In this document: one piece after another, positions 25,870 through 36,476 of the stretch
How the letters are laid out: every line of letters starts with the position of its first letter
How positions within the stretch are numbered: position 1 is the first letter of the stretch
From: an uncultured virus (IMG/VR IMGVR_UViG_650377941_000004)
Taxonomy: Duplodnaviria > Heunggongvirae > Uroviricota > Caudoviricetes
Virus record (IMG/VR): IMGVR_UViG_650377941_000004
DNA: 64,000 bases
Reading direction: 5' to 3' (one strand)
Position numbers and translations under genes: made by a program
The notes under the pieces: generated by a model
Databases searched by the model: none
What the model saw: only the letters and a program-made list of their open reading frames with translations
What the model was told of the DNA's origin: nothing

Positions 25870-27729
25870 GTGAACCGAAACGTGAAGAAAAAACGGATCG
25901 TGAAACTTGAACCGCAGACCGTGGAACTGTTCGCCGAGGTTCTAAGCAAACTACGCCCGCCGCCGCCCCTGACAGTCAGCCAGTGGGCGGACAGATACCG
26001 GGTGTTGTCCGCAGAATCCAGCGCAGAACCGGGGCGGTGGCACACCGAGAAAGCCCCGTATCAGCGGGCTATCATGGATGCCATCGGTGATCCTCACGTC
26101 CGTTCTGTCGTCGTCATGTCGGCGGCGCAGATCGGAAAGACGGATGCTTTCATTCTGAACCCGCTGGGCTACTACATGGACTATGCACCCTGCCCGGTGA
26201 TGTGTATGCAGCCTACCCTTGACATGGGGCAGACGCTCTCAAAAGACCGTATCGCTCCCATGATCCGGGACACGCCCCGGCTTACCGGTCTGGTGGATAC
26301 CAAAAGCCGGTACGCTGGAAATACCGTCATGAAGAAGAACTTCCCCGGCGGGCACATCACCATTGTTGGCGCAAACAGCCCGTCGAGCCTTGCCAGCCGC
26401 CCCATCAAAGTGCTGCTGGCGGACGAGATCGACCGCTACCCCAAGAGCGCAGGAACAGAGGGCGACCCTCTTGATCTGGCAAAGAAACGCCAGACGACCT
26501 TTTGGGATTACAAGACCGTCATGGTCAGCACGCCCACCATCAAGGGAGACAGCCGCATTGAGGACGCCTACCTACTTTCTACACAAGAAGAATGGAACGT
26601 GCCTTGCCCGGAATGTGGGGCATACCAGCCGTTCCTTTGGGAGAATGTCAAGTTCGACAAAGACGACCTCGACAAGGGAATTGGATATGTCTGCAGGGAA
26701 TGCGGCTGTGTATCAAATGAATACCGCTGGAAAGAGCAGGGGAAATACGGTAAGTATGTTGCCGCCAATCCCGGTGCAGAATCCAGAGGCTTCCACCTGA
26801 ACACGCTGGCTTCAACCTTTGTTGGCTGGAAAGAGATCGTGACGAAGTTCATCGAAGCGAAAATTGCCCTCGATCATGGCAACCCGGAACAAATGAAGGT
26901 CTGGGTGAACACAGAGTTGGGCGAGACGTGGGAGGAACGCGGCATTCAGTTGGAGGACATCGAGCTGTTCAACCGCCGCGAAATCTACGCCGCAGAGGTG
27001 CCGGATGATGTTCTGTACCTCACTGCTGGTGTTGACGTGCAGGATGATCGCTTTGAAGTTGAAGTGGTCGGCTGGGGCGAGGGCACAGAGAGCTGGGGCG
27101 TTCGCTACCAGAAAATCTTCGGCGATATGCTTTCGGATCAGGTATGGGACGATCTGGACAACTTTCTACTTCGGACATGGCACAAGGCAGACGGAACGGC
27201 ATACCCGCTGTTGGCGACCTGCATTGATTCCGGTGGACACCACACCGATGAAGTTTACCGGTTTGCAAAGGAACGGCTCAACCGGCGCATCTTTGCCATT
27301 AAGGGCATGGGCGGCGCAGGAGTGCCGTTTATCCGCAACCCGTCCAAGAACAATCGTGTTCGGGCAGACCTGTTCATTCTGGGCGTTGATGCGGGCAAAA
27401 CGACCATCTATCAGCGTTTGGAAGTCAAGACGCCCGGCCCGAACTACTGCCACTTCCCGTCAAATGAGGAAGCAGGCTACACCGAAGAATACTTCAAGGG
27501 CCTAACAGCTGAGAAGAAAGTGGTGCGGTTCGTCAAGGGTCATTTGAAAGAATACTGGGAAATCAAAGATAAAGAGCATAAACGAAACGAGCCGCTGGAT
27601 TTGCGCAATTACGCAACCGCGGCTCTTGCTATTTCTCGCCCTGTGCTGAAAAAACCGGATGCAGACGGAACGCCTGCCCAGCCGGTCAAGAAATCACGGG
27701 GCCGTCGTCAGCTTTCGGGAGGTATCTAA
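25870..27729 (+). CDS. Terminase large subunit, lambda GpA family
   Basis: VSQWAD..R, AQIGKT, LADEIDRY, STPT, GVDVQDDR, RNEPLD. Confidence 0.95.
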   Translation: MNRNVKKKRIVKLEPQTVELFAEVLSKLRPPPPLTVSQWADRYRVLSAESSAEPGRWHTEKAPYQRAIMDAIGDPHVRSVVVMSAAQIGKTDAFILNPLGYYMDYAPCPVMCMQPTLDMGQTLSKDRIAPMIRDTPRLTGLVDTKSRYAGNTVMKKNFPGGHITIVGANSPSSLASRPIKVLLADEIDRYPKSAGTEGDPLDLAKKRQTTFWDYKTVMVSTPTIKGDSRIEDAYLLSTQEEWNVPCPECGAYQPFLWENVKFDKDDLDKGIGYVCRECGCVSNEYRWKEQGKYGKYVAANPGAESRGFHLNTLASTFVGWKEIVTKFIEAKIALDHGNPEQMKVWVNTELGETWEERGIQLEDIELFNRREIYAAEVPDDVLYLTAGVDVQDDRFEVEVVGWGEGTESWGVRYQKIFGDMLSDQVWDDLDNFLLRTWHKADGTAYPLLATCIDSGGHHTDEVYRFAKERLNRRIFAIKGMGGAGVPFIRNPSKNNRVRADLFILGVDAGKTTIYQRLEVKTPGPNYCHFPSNEEAGYTEEYFKGLTAEKKVVRFVKGHLKEYWEIKDKEHKRNEPLDLRNYATAALAISRPVLKKPDADGTPAQPVKKSRGRRQLSGGI

Positions 27730-27960
27730 ATGGCAGGAATTACGCTGGAAACGGCACAGAAACAGCTTGACCTTTGGATTGCCGCCGAGGAAAAGGTGAC
27801 ACACGGGCAAAGCTACCAGATCGGCAATAGGTCATTGACCTACGCAGACCTGACGCAGATTGGAAAGCGGATTGATTATTGGTCGAACAAGGTGACGGAA
27901 CTTTCTCAGCAGAGAAAGGGACGGAACCGGATGGGGCATTTTGTGCCGCGTGACCTGTAA
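27730..27960 (+). CDS. gpW-like head-tail joining protein
   Basis: GQSYQIGNRSLTYADL; position between terL and portal. Confidence 0.8.
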   Translation: MAGITLETAQKQLDLWIAAEEKVTHGQSYQIGNRSLTYADLTQIGKRIDYWSNKVTELSQQRKGRNRMGHFVPRDL

Positions 27961-27972
27961 GGAGAGTAGAAG

Positions 27973-29595
27973 ATGGGATTCTTCGATACCCTGCTCACGG
28001 CGATTGCCCCGGAGCGGGCAGTAAAACGTGTTGCCGCACAGACGGCAATACGGGCAATCAATTCGGGATATTCCAACTATGGCGCAAGTCTGCACAAGAA
28101 ATCTATGCGGGGCTGGATGTGGCACGGTGGAAGCCCGAAAGAGGACATCGAAGATAATCTTCGCGTCCTGAGAGAGCGGAGCAGGGACGCTTATATGGGC
28201 GTCCCGCTGGCAACCGGTGCCATCAAGACCATGCGCACCAATGTAGTGTGCGGCGGTCTGACACCGACACCGCAGATCGACAACGCATTTTTGGGTATTT
28301 CAGACGAGGAAGCCCAGAAAATCAATGAACAAATCGCAAGAGAATTTGCTCTGTGGGCCAATAAGCCGACCTGTGATGCAGACCGCATCGACAATTTCTA
28401 TATGTTGCAGCAGTTGGCATTTACGGGATTTCTGCTGAATGGTGATTCATGGGCAGTCCTGCAGAACAAAAAGACGCCCGGTGTACCGTATGACCTGCGT
28501 GTGCGGATCATCGAAGCCGACCGCATTTGTTCTCCTGCGTTTATGGACATCCTTTCGCCGACGGACATTAACGAGCATCATGTTGAAAAGATCGTGCAAG
28601 GTGTTGAAACCGATGCAGACGGCATGGTCATTGCGTACTGGGTTTGCGACCGGCACCCGCTGGCGTCTACCAGCGTGACGGGATTGACGGCCTCGCACTG
28701 GACAAGAGTGGAAGCCTACGGCAAAAAGACCGGGCGGCAGAATGTTCTCTGTCTGATGCAGCGCGAACGTGCCGGTCAGCTGCGCGGCGTACCACTGCTG
28801 GCACCGGTGCTGGAAAGCCTGAAACAGCTTGGGCGTTTTACGGACGCAGAGCTGACAGCCGCGGTGATCTCCGCGATGTTCACAGTGTTTATCAAGAAGT
28901 CGGATCAATCTGACGAGGTGCCGTTTGGCGAAATGCTTCCCCCGGATGTGCAGGTAGATACGCCTGATAAGACCAGTGTGGAGCTGGCACCGGGCGCGTT
29001 TATCGACCTGAACCCCGGAGAGGAAGTGCAGTTCGCAGACCCGAAGCACCCAACGACCGGGTTTGAAGCGTTCATGAACGCCATTGTAAAGCAGATGGCG
29101 GCGGCGTTGGAAATTCCGTCTGAGGTGCTGTACAAGCAGTTCAGCACCAGCTATTCTGCGGCCCGCGGCGCTTTGAATGAATTTTGGAGAACCACGGGAA
29201 TGCACCGAGACTGGTTCGCGGATTCTTTCTGCCAGCCGGTCTATGAGGCATGGTTCCGGGAAGCCGTGTGCAAGGGACGGATCAAAGCGCCGGGCTTCCT
29301 GACAAACCCGGCGGTTGCAGCGGCCTACATGAACTGCAACTGGAATGGCCCGGCAAGAACAAACCTGAACCCCAAGGATGAAGCCGAAGCAGCCCAGATG
29401 CGGGTGAACAGCGGATTCTCCACGGCGGCACAGGAAACCGCTCAGATGACGGGCGGAAGCTATGAGGCAAATATGCGGCAGCGGAAAGCCGAAGCCGCAC
29501 TGAAACGGGAGGTGGACGAAATTGCGGGAGCACAAGTGCAACAGCAAACCGCTGTTCCTCAACGGAGCGGCGGCGACCCCGGCAAGTCCGAGTAA
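27973..29595 (+). CDS. Portal protein, lambda family
   Basis: LRERSRD, RAGQLRGVP, SYSAARGAL, LNPKDE. Confidence 0.95.
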   Translation: MGFFDTLLTAIAPERAVKRVAAQTAIRAINSGYSNYGASLHKKSMRGWMWHGGSPKEDIEDNLRVLRERSRDAYMGVPLATGAIKTMRTNVVCGGLTPTPQIDNAFLGISDEEAQKINEQIAREFALWANKPTCDADRIDNFYMLQQLAFTGFLLNGDSWAVLQNKKTPGVPYDLRVRIIEADRICSPAFMDILSPTDINEHHVEKIVQGVETDADGMVIAYWVCDRHPLASTSVTGLTASHWTRVEAYGKKTGRQNVLCLMQRERAGQLRGVPLLAPVLESLKQLGRFTDAELTAAVISAMFTVFIKKSDQSDEVPFGEMLPPDVQVDTPDKTSVELAPGAFIDLNPGEEVQFADPKHPTTGFEAFMNAIVKQMAAALEIPSEVLYKQFSTSYSAARGALNEFWRTTGMHRDWFADSFCQPVYEAWFREAVCKGRIKAPGFLTNPAVAAAYMNCNWNGPARTNLNPKDEAEAAQMRVNSGFSTAAQETAQMTGGSYEANMRQRKAEAALKREVDEIAGAQVQQQTAVPQRSGGDPGKSE

Positions 29596-30742
29596 CAAGA
29601 AGTTTTGGGAGTTCCGCAATGCAGCCGAGACCGGCGGCACGGCGGAACTTCTGCTTTACGGTGATATTAGCCGTACGAGCTGGTGGGGTGATGAAGTGAC
29701 CCCGCAGGCGTTCGCCGCAGACCTTGCGACGATTCCGGCTATGGATGACCTGACTGTCCGTATTTGCAGCGGCGGCGGGGATGTCTGGGCCGCACAAGCC
29801 ATTGGCGCAATGTTGGAAAACAGGCTTGGCACGGTGACAGCGCAAATCGAAGGTATCTGTGCCAGCGCGGCGACCATCGTCGCCAGCCATTGCAAAGTGG
29901 TCAAGGCGGCAGAGGATGCAACCTACATGATCCACCCCATCAAGGTAAACCCGAACGGGTTTGTGGACATGGAGGGCTTGAAGCAGCTCATGGATGCACT
30001 GACCGTGATGCGCACCAATGTCTTGAACCAGTATGCGAAAAAGACAGGACACACCGTCGAAGAAGTGGCGGCGTGGATGGACGCTACATCGTGGTGGACG
30101 GCGGCAGAAGCAAAAGAAAATGGCTTCATCGACGAAATCACGGAAAGCAACCAGACTGCAAAAATCGAAAACAGGAATGGTGCGCTGTTTGTCAACAGCA
30201 TTGCCGTTCCGGGCACATTTGATGATGCCCCTGAATTTGTACGAAACCGCGCCGTGGTGGCCCCTGCCACGACTGAGGGTTTTGTAAATAACACTGACCC
30301 GGCAGGAAAGCCGGACAAGAACGATGGAGGTAACGACATGGAGTTCAAGAACGCAGATGAACTGCGCAACGGCTGTCCTGATCTGGTGAAAGAGATTGTG
30401 GACGAAGCCCATGCGGAGGCACAGAAGCAGGAGCGTGATCGTTTGGCTGCCATTGACGAGATCGCGGATGCAGTCCCGTCCGATCTGGTGGCCGAGGCAA
30501 AGTATGGTGACAAGGCTTGTTCTGCGGAGCAGCTTGCTTACCGTGCGGCGCTGGATGCAAAGAAGAAGGGCCACAAACTGCTGGATGATACCGAAGATGA
30601 TGCAGATACCAGCGGCGCAAACAGCGTTGGCGGTGCTGCCCCGGACGGTGTCTCTGGCACTGGCACGAAGAACAAGAACCAGACCGACGCCGAAAAGCGT
30701 GCGATGGTCAAGAACCTGTTCCACCCGAAGAAGGAGGGCTAA
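29522..30742 (+). CDS. ClpP-type head maturation protease/scaffold
   Basis: LYGDI, ICSGGGD, GICASAAT, YMIHP, EAKENGFID; start uncertain. Confidence 0.9.
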   Translation: MREHKCNSKPLFLNGAAATPASPSNKKFWEFRNAAETGGTAELLLYGDISRTSWWGDEVTPQAFAADLATIPAMDDLTVRICSGGGDVWAAQAIGAMLENRLGTVTAQIEGICASAATIVASHCKVVKAAEDATYMIHPIKVNPNGFVDMEGLKQLMDALTVMRTNVLNQYAKKTGHTVEEVAAWMDATSWWTAAEAKENGFIDEITESNQTAKIENRNGALFVNSIAVPGTFDDAPEFVRNRAVVAPATTEGFVNNTDPAGKPDKNDGGNDMEFKNADELRNGCPDLVKEIVDEAHAEAQKQERDRLAAIDEIADAVPSDLVAEAKYGDKACSAEQLAYRAALDAKKKGHKLLDDTEDDADTSGANSVGGAAPDGVSGTGTKNKNQTDAEKRAMVKNLFHPKKEG

Positions 30743-30745
30743 ACG

Positions 30746-31144
30746 ATGGCTGAAAAAATGCTGAGTGAAAAGCTGGGCGAGGTTGAGTACGACGGCCTGA
30801 TCGCAGGCGTGAACCCGAAAAAGCGCGTCGGCCCCGGCGTGATTGCTGGCCCGGAAGCAGAAACCACCTTTGTGCGTGGCACGGTGTTTGCCAAGAGCGC
30901 AAAGGATGGAAAGCTGCACATTCTGGGAACCGAGGCGTCCGGCGGCGATACTCTGACCGCTGACTGCATCCTGATTGAGGATGTGACTATGAAGGCCAGC
31001 ATGGATGAAACCGTTGCAGTCTATCTGGCAGGCTGTTTCAACCCGGACAAGCTGACCGTCAAGGACAGCTACACCATGACCGAGGCAGACAAAGACGCAC
31101 TGCGGATGCGGGACATCGTTCTGCTGCCTGTGGTCGAAATGTAA
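30746..31144 (+). CDS. Head decoration protein
   Basis: Position before the capsid gene; RGTV, ILIED, VYLAGCFN, LR..DI. Confidence 0.75.
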   Translation: MAEKMLSEKLGEVEYDGLIAGVNPKKRVGPGVIAGPEAETTFVRGTVFAKSAKDGKLHILGTEASGGDTLTADCILIEDVTMKASMDETVAVYLAGCFNPDKLTVKDSYTMTEADKDALRMRDIVLLPVVEM

Positions 31145-31159
31145 CAGGAGGACGTTTCA

Positions 31160-32236
31160 ATGGCAATTCTGATTAACTTCTTTGATAATGTTATCCTTCA
31201 GGCAATTTCCGAGGAAATTGTCCCGAAGGTCAGCTTTTTCAAGGATCGCTATTTCCCCACCGGGGCAGGTGACATCTTCAAGGCAAACGAAGTTCTGACC
31301 GAGTACCGTAGCGGCGACCGTAAGCTGGCGGCATTCGTGGATCAGAAAGCGGGCGACATTCCCATTGGTCGCCGGAGCTATGAGGTGCATTCCTATAAGC
31401 CCGCCTATATCGCCCCGTCTCGTCTGCTGACCCTCGACGAGCTGACTAAGCGTGGCTTCGGTGAGGCTCTGTATCCGGGCATGGATGAAGCACAGCGTGC
31501 CGCCCGCCTGCTGGCAGACGACATGAACGACATGGAAAACCGCATTGCCCGCCGCGAGGAATGGATGGCGGCGGAAACCATGATCGGCAACGGCTGCGTT
31601 ATGCAGGAGTACATCGACGGTGCAACCAAGGGCGATTCTCTGGTTGTGAAGTTCTACGACGGCACCAGCGATCATACCTATACCGCTTCCAAGAAGTGGA
31701 ACGAGAACGGTGGTGACTTCTGGGGCGACGTTAAGGCCATGTGCCGTATGCTGTCTGCTCGTGGTCTGCCTGCAAAAGACCTGATTCTCGGCACTGATGT
31801 GGCCGACTACATCCTGACTGACGAAAGAACCCGCCAGCTGCTCGATAAGAACAGCGGCATCATCGTAGGCGAGATTCGCCAGCAGCTCACCCAGTACGAC
31901 GGCGTTGTGTTTATGGGTACGCTAAACTTCGGCGGTTTCATGCTGAACGTGTTCAGCGTGGACGAAACCTATGAGGACGAGACCGGCAAGAGCGCCAGAT
32001 ACTTCCCGGCTACGGCAGCTATGGTGACTGCGCCGGACTGCGGCCATATGATGTACGGCTCCATTACTCAGATGGACTACGGCAAGACCGACTACACGAC
32101 CTATGCCGCAAAGCGTGTTGCAAAGCTGGTTGTGGATCAGGACAAGGATACCCGCAAGCTCCGTCTGGGCTGCCGTCCTCTGGCCGCACCCAAGACCTAC
32201 TGCCCCTACATCTATGCAGCTGACGTTGTGGGCTAA
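31160..32236 (+). CDS. Major capsid protein (lambda E family)
   Basis: FFKDRYF, LAAFV, YKPAYI, IARREEWM. Confidence 0.9.
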   Translation: MAILINFFDNVILQAISEEIVPKVSFFKDRYFPTGAGDIFKANEVLTEYRSGDRKLAAFVDQKAGDIPIGRRSYEVHSYKPAYIAPSRLLTLDELTKRGFGEALYPGMDEAQRAARLLADDMNDMENRIARREEWMAAETMIGNGCVMQEYIDGATKGDSLVVKFYDGTSDHTYTASKKWNENGGDFWGDVKAMCRMLSARGLPAKDLILGTDVADYILTDERTRQLLDKNSGIIVGEIRQQLTQYDGVVFMGTLNFGGFMLNVFSVDETYEDETGKSARYFPATAAMVTAPDCGHMMYGSITQMDYGKTDYTTYAAKRVAKLVVDQDKDTRKLRLGCRPLAAPKTYCPYIYAADVVG

Positions 32237-32253
32237 GAGAAAGGAGCAGGAAT

Positions 32254-32532
32254 ATGAAGGTCGTTCAGATCATTTCCGGCGGCTATGGCTTCCGGGCGAA
32301 AGCTGGTGCACCCACGAAGCTGATTCTGGCGGGCGAGGTCGTTTGCGTTGATGATGCAGAGGCGGAACGCCTTGTGAAATTGGGCGTTGCCGCTGAAGCG
32401 GAACTGGATGCGGAAACTAAGGCCATTGTGGAGCAGGCTGACGCCGACAGCAACGATGTGGAAACGCAGGAAGAAGCATCCGAAGCCGAGGAAAAGCCCG
32501 GCAGAAAAGGCCGCAAGACTGCAGCAGAGTAA
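32254..32532 (+). CDS. Hypothetical head-associated protein
   Basis: EAERLVKLG motif; position. Confidence 0.7.
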   Translation: MKVVQIISGGYGFRAKAGAPTKLILAGEVVCVDDAEAERLVKLGVAAEAELDAETKAIVEQADADSNDVETQEEASEAEEKPGRKGRKTAAE

Positions 32533-32544
32533 GCAGGTATTACC

Positions 32545-32880
32545 ATGACCGACTTTTTGGAAATGGCAATGGCTGATATTGACGATGTGTTTTTTCAGGA
32601 GTTTGTAGAACAGCATACCATCGACGGAGAAACGTTTGATGTGGTGCCGTATGAAACCGGACTGAAAGAGCGCAAGTCACACTGGGAAGCCGGTGCCAAG
32701 CAAAACTTTGACCAAGGCTTGTACATCTCGCAAAAGCAGTTCTTTATCCGGGCGGCTGACTATGGCCCTGCTCCAAAGATTGGAAAGCCGATGGAGTACG
32801 ACCGAATCAGCTACACGATAAAAAGCTGTCAAAATGAGCATGGACTGTATCTGGTCACGTTGGAGAGGGTGCGGCAGTAA
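32545..32880 (+). CDS. Head closure/joining protein
   Basis: Position and size. Confidence 0.65.
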   Translation: MTDFLEMAMADIDDVFFQEFVEQHTIDGETFDVVPYETGLKERKSHWEAGAKQNFDQGLYISQKQFFIRAADYGPAPKIGKPMEYDRISYTIKSCQNEHGLYLVTLERVRQ

Positions 32881-33563
32881 TGGCAAAGGCAATCTATGAC
32901 GTGCAGGTGCCGAACATCGGTGAAGTGGAACGTGCACTGGGAGATATGCGGGATAAGGCCCCGCGGGCCATGAAAAACGCTGTCAACCAGACTGCGACGA
33001 GAGCCAAAAACATGATGATCCGGCAAGCGCGGCTTCGGTATGCTGTCAATTCTGCTGGCCGTCGTCACCTGAATGCGCTGAAAGTTCGCAACAGGGCGAC
33101 AACGCAGAACCCGACGGCGGAGATTTTTATTTCCAGCCGGAGAAATGATCTGGGCGACTTCCAGTCGAACCCGTCTGTTCCGCATATGGGAAGGGACTGG
33201 GTGTTGTCGCCGGAGTTCCACACATCGCGTGTTTTGAAAAAATCGCCGATGGAAGCATTGACCGGCGGACATACGGCGCTGGGACAGGCAAGCAAGGGCT
33301 TTCTTGTGAAGTTTGACAGTGGGCACGTCGGCATGGTGCAGAGGTTGATCGGTCGTCCGGCGGCAAATCCGAAATCGACCAGATGGCGCAGTAAGAATGG
33401 CGTCGTAGAAAAACTCTACACCATGTCCAGCCCGTCTGCCAGTGCGATGCATAGCACCGTATGGAGAGAGGAAGTCGAGCCGGACAGCGAGATTATCTTG
33501 CAGGAACGGCTGCAGCATGAAGTATCCAAAATTCTGACGCAGGCCGGGAGGAAAACAAAGTGA
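32880..33563 (+). CDS. Tail completion/neck protein (gpZ-like)
   Basis: APRAMKNAVN; basic protein; position. Confidence 0.65.
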   Translation: MAKAIYDVQVPNIGEVERALGDMRDKAPRAMKNAVNQTATRAKNMMIRQARLRYAVNSAGRRHLNALKVRNRATTQNPTAEIFISSRRNDLGDFQSNPSVPHMGRDWVLSPEFHTSRVLKKSPMEALTGGHTALGQASKGFLVKFDSGHVGMVQRLIGRPAANPKSTRWRSKNGVVEKLYTMSSPSASAMHSTVWREEVEPDSEIILQERLQHEVSKILTQAGRKTK

Positions 33564-34096
33564 GAGCGAGTAATTACACACCGGTTGACGCTGTGAAAAA
33601 GCTGCATGAAGAACTGGACAAGCTCTTTGCAGGAAAGACATTCAGTGGTCAAGGCAAAAATAAGCCGCTCAACATTTTCGATTTTGAATTTCCGACCGAC
33701 TTCGGCAATGACGAGGATGTGGATACGGTGGCTGCAGCGGCTCCGTTTATTCTGGTCAAGGCAGCAGGTTGGAGCATTGATAAGATGGAAGAACCTGAAA
33801 TGGTGGACATGAGCCTGATTATTTGCACATATCAGACACCTATTCGCAACAAAGAGGAAGGTGTGCGGGATAAAAAAGCTCCCGCCGTTCTGGATTTGTA
33901 CAACATCATGCAGGATATTGGACAGCATTTCCGCGTCTACAACATCTTTGGCGATTATTTCAACGTGTTGCTTCCCATTGACTGCGCAATTCAACAGGAC
34001 GATACAAGCCCGTATTACTTCGCTACGGTGCAGATGGATGTTACTTGTCCGAGCATGAGCAGCGAAAACAACCCGGAAATCGAGGAACTTATATGA
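33560..34096 (+). CDS. Putative tail terminator protein
   Basis: Position before the sheath gene. Confidence 0.55.
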   Translation: MRASNYTPVDAVKKLHEELDKLFAGKTFSGQGKNKPLNIFDFEFPTDFGNDEDVDTVAAAAPFILVKAAGWSIDKMEEPEMVDMSLIICTYQTPIRNKEEGVRDKKAPAVLDLYNIMQDIGQHFRVYNIFGDYFNVLLPIDCAIQQDDTSPYYFATVQMDVTCPSMSSENNPEIEELI

Positions 34097-34389
34097 GCAA
34101 TGCAAAAAATACTCAGACCGAAAAGGCGGCTGCGACCGAAACTCCGGTCAAGAAGGATGGGCCGATGGTTTACTGCGGCCCGACGGTAAAAAACACGGTG
34201 AAGCAGTACACGGTGTACCATGACAGTAAGGCGGTGCCGGATGCGGTGAACCGTTTCCTTGATGCCGTACCGATGGCAAGGGGCCTGCTGGTGCCTCTTG
34301 ATAAATTCAAAGATACTCGCGTGGCTCTTGAGAACCCCAAGAGCAGCGCGGGTATTCTTTTTGCCGCAGTGAAAGCGGCACTGAACTAA
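34093..34389 (+). CDS. Hypothetical tail-region protein
   Basis: VYCGPT motif; coupled ORF. Confidence 0.65.
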   Translation: MSNAKNTQTEKAAATETPVKKDGPMVYCGPTVKNTVKQYTVYHDSKAVPDAVNRFLDAVPMARGLLVPLDKFKDTRVALENPKSSAGILFAAVKAALN

Positions 34390-34402
34390 GGAGGGAGAGA
34401 AC

Positions 34403-35851
34403 ATGGCATACAAGCATGGCGTTTATGTTGCCGAGCAGGGAACCAGTATCGTGGCACCCGTGACGGCAACTGCTGGCCTGCAGGTCGTTATCGGCACTGC
34501 GCCGATCAACCGCGCAAGTGATCCGTATCACTGCACGAATACCCCCATGCTGGCAAATACGCTGGCAGGCGCAACTGCCGCAGTGGGTTACGACGATGAT
34601 TATGAGAAGTACACCGTCTGCCAGAGCATGGGCGCAAGTTTCAAGGTCGTCGGCGTGTCGCCGATGATCCTGATTAACGTGCTTGATCCCAACAAGCACA
34701 AGAAAAATCTGCCGGAAAAAACTGTGCAGGTCAATGACGGCGTTGCAGTGGTGGAGGAAAAGGACATCCTGCTGGACAAGCTGACCGTTAAGGCAGAGGA
34801 AACTCCGCTGGCGGCTGGTACGGACTACACCGCAGCATTTGACGATAACGGTTATGTGAACATCGTGGTGATCCCCGGCGGTGCTGGCGACAGCGCAACG
34901 AGCCTGACTGTGAGCGGTGTCCAGATCGACCCGACTGCTGTTACCCCGGCAGACATCGTTGGTGCGGTTACTGCAGATGGTGTTGAGAGCGGCATGGAAG
35001 TCATTCGCCAGATTTTCCCGAAGCTGAACATGACCCCCGGCATTCTGCTTGCTCCGGGCTGGTCGGAGAATGCACTGGTGTCGGCTGGCCTGCAGGCAAA
35101 GACAAGCCACATCAACGGTGTTTTCAACTGCGTGTGCATCGTGGACATCGACAGCTCTACTGCCGGTGCAACCAAGTATGACGACGTGAAGCGTCAGAAG
35201 GAAAAGCAGGCTGTGACCAGTGCGAATTGCTACGCTGTGTGGCTGTACGCAAAGGTTGGCGACGTGATCTATGCGGGTTCGGCAATGGCTGCTGCGGCGA
35301 CCGTGGCGACCGATGCGAACAACGGCGATATTCCCAACGTAAGCCCGGATAACAAGCCTATCTCTATTTCTGCTGCCTGCCTGAAAGATGGAACGGAAGT
35401 TCTGCTGGATCAGGAGCAGGCCAATGTGGTCAACTCCTTCGGCGTTGCAACGTGGCTGAACATGAACGGTTTCCGTCTGTGGGGCAACAACACTGCCTGT
35501 TATCCCGGCAACACTGACCCGAAGGATCGCTGGTTCAGCGTCCGCAGGTTCTTCTGCTGGGATGATAACACCTTCATCCAGACCTATTTCCAGAAGGTCA
35601 GCGACCCGCTGAACAAGCGCCTGATCGAGGCTCTGGTTGACAGCGAGAACGTGCGCGGCAACAGCTTTGTCAGCCGTGGCATTTGCGCCCGCTATGAGCT
35701 GCAGTACATCGAATCCGAAAACCCCACGACCGATCTGCTGAATGGCACGGTGAAGTTCCACAAGTATATGTCTCCGTTTAATCCGGCGGAGGACATCGAG
35801 GAAATTGTGGAGTTTGATCCCAACGCGATTTCTACCGCGCTGGCGGGCTAA
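34403..35851 (+). CDS. Contractile tail sheath protein
   Basis: YKHGVY, IGTAP, LLAPG, LWGNNT, SVRRFF, PAEDI. Confidence 0.95.
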   Translation: MAYKHGVYVAEQGTSIVAPVTATAGLQVVIGTAPINRASDPYHCTNTPMLANTLAGATAAVGYDDDYEKYTVCQSMGASFKVVGVSPMILINVLDPNKHKKNLPEKTVQVNDGVAVVEEKDILLDKLTVKAEETPLAAGTDYTAAFDDNGYVNIVVIPGGAGDSATSLTVSGVQIDPTAVTPADIVGAVTADGVESGMEVIRQIFPKLNMTPGILLAPGWSENALVSAGLQAKTSHINGVFNCVCIVDIDSSTAGATKYDDVKRQKEKQAVTSANCYAVWLYAKVGDVIYAGSAMAAAATVATDANNGDIPNVSPDNKPISISAACLKDGTEVLLDQEQANVVNSFGVATWLNMNGFRLWGNNTACYPGNTDPKDRWFSVRRFFCWDDNTFIQTYFQKVSDPLNKRLIEALVDSENVRGNSFVSRGICARYELQYIESENPTTDLLNGTVKFHKYMSPFNPAEDIEEIVEFDPNAISTALAG

Positions 35852-35872
35852 CCCAGAAAGGAGGAATAAACA

Positions 35873-36400
35873 ATGGCACTGGACACGAATCTGACCCCGG
35901 AAATCGTCAACAGCTTCAACGTTTACATTGACGGCGTGAAAGCAATTGGCACTGCACCGGAAATCACTCTGCCGCAGATCACCTCGGAGACTATCGACGT
36001 TTCCGGCGCTGGTATCCTCGGTAAGATTTCCGCACCGAACATCGGCCAGTTTGAATCCATCGAGCAGGAAGTTTCCTTCAACCTCGTATATTCGAGCTTT
36101 GTCAACGTCCTTTCTCCGAAGCGTCAGGTGAACCTTACCTTCCGCGTTGCACAGCAGGCGGTGGATAAGAGCCTCGGCTATGCCTATAAGGGCCTGCGCA
36201 TCGTTGAGGTTGGCCGCGTCAAGGAGTTTACTCCCGGCAAGATCAAGGCGGGCGAGGGCATGGAAGCCAAGGTTAAGCTGGAACTGACCTACATCATGAT
36301 CGAGAACGACGGCGAGGAAATCATTGCCATCGACAAGCTGAACGGCGTATACCGCGTTCAGGGCGAGGATATGCTGGCAGACGTTACCGCGCTGATCTAA
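35873..36400 (+). CDS. Tail tube protein (P2 FII family)
   Basis: FNVYIDG, ITLP, GAGILG, IDKLN..YRV.G.D. Confidence 0.9.
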   Translation: MALDTNLTPEIVNSFNVYIDGVKAIGTAPEITLPQITSETIDVSGAGILGKISAPNIGQFESIEQEVSFNLVYSSFVNVLSPKRQVNLTFRVAQQAVDKSLGYAYKGLRIVEVGRVKEFTPGKIKAGEGMEAKVKLELTYIMIENDGEEIIAIDKLNGVYRVQGEDMLADVTALI

Positions 36401-36476
36401 CGCCAAAGAAATGAAGCGACCGCCCCGAAAGACCGGGGCGGTCAATTTTTATATCTGAACAGAAAGGAAAACCACC

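Noticed and set aside
28447..36445. Long minus-strand ORFs (397, 545, 712 aa) opposite structural genes
   Set aside because: Shadow ORFs of GC-rich, codon-biased genes; no motifs or RBS.
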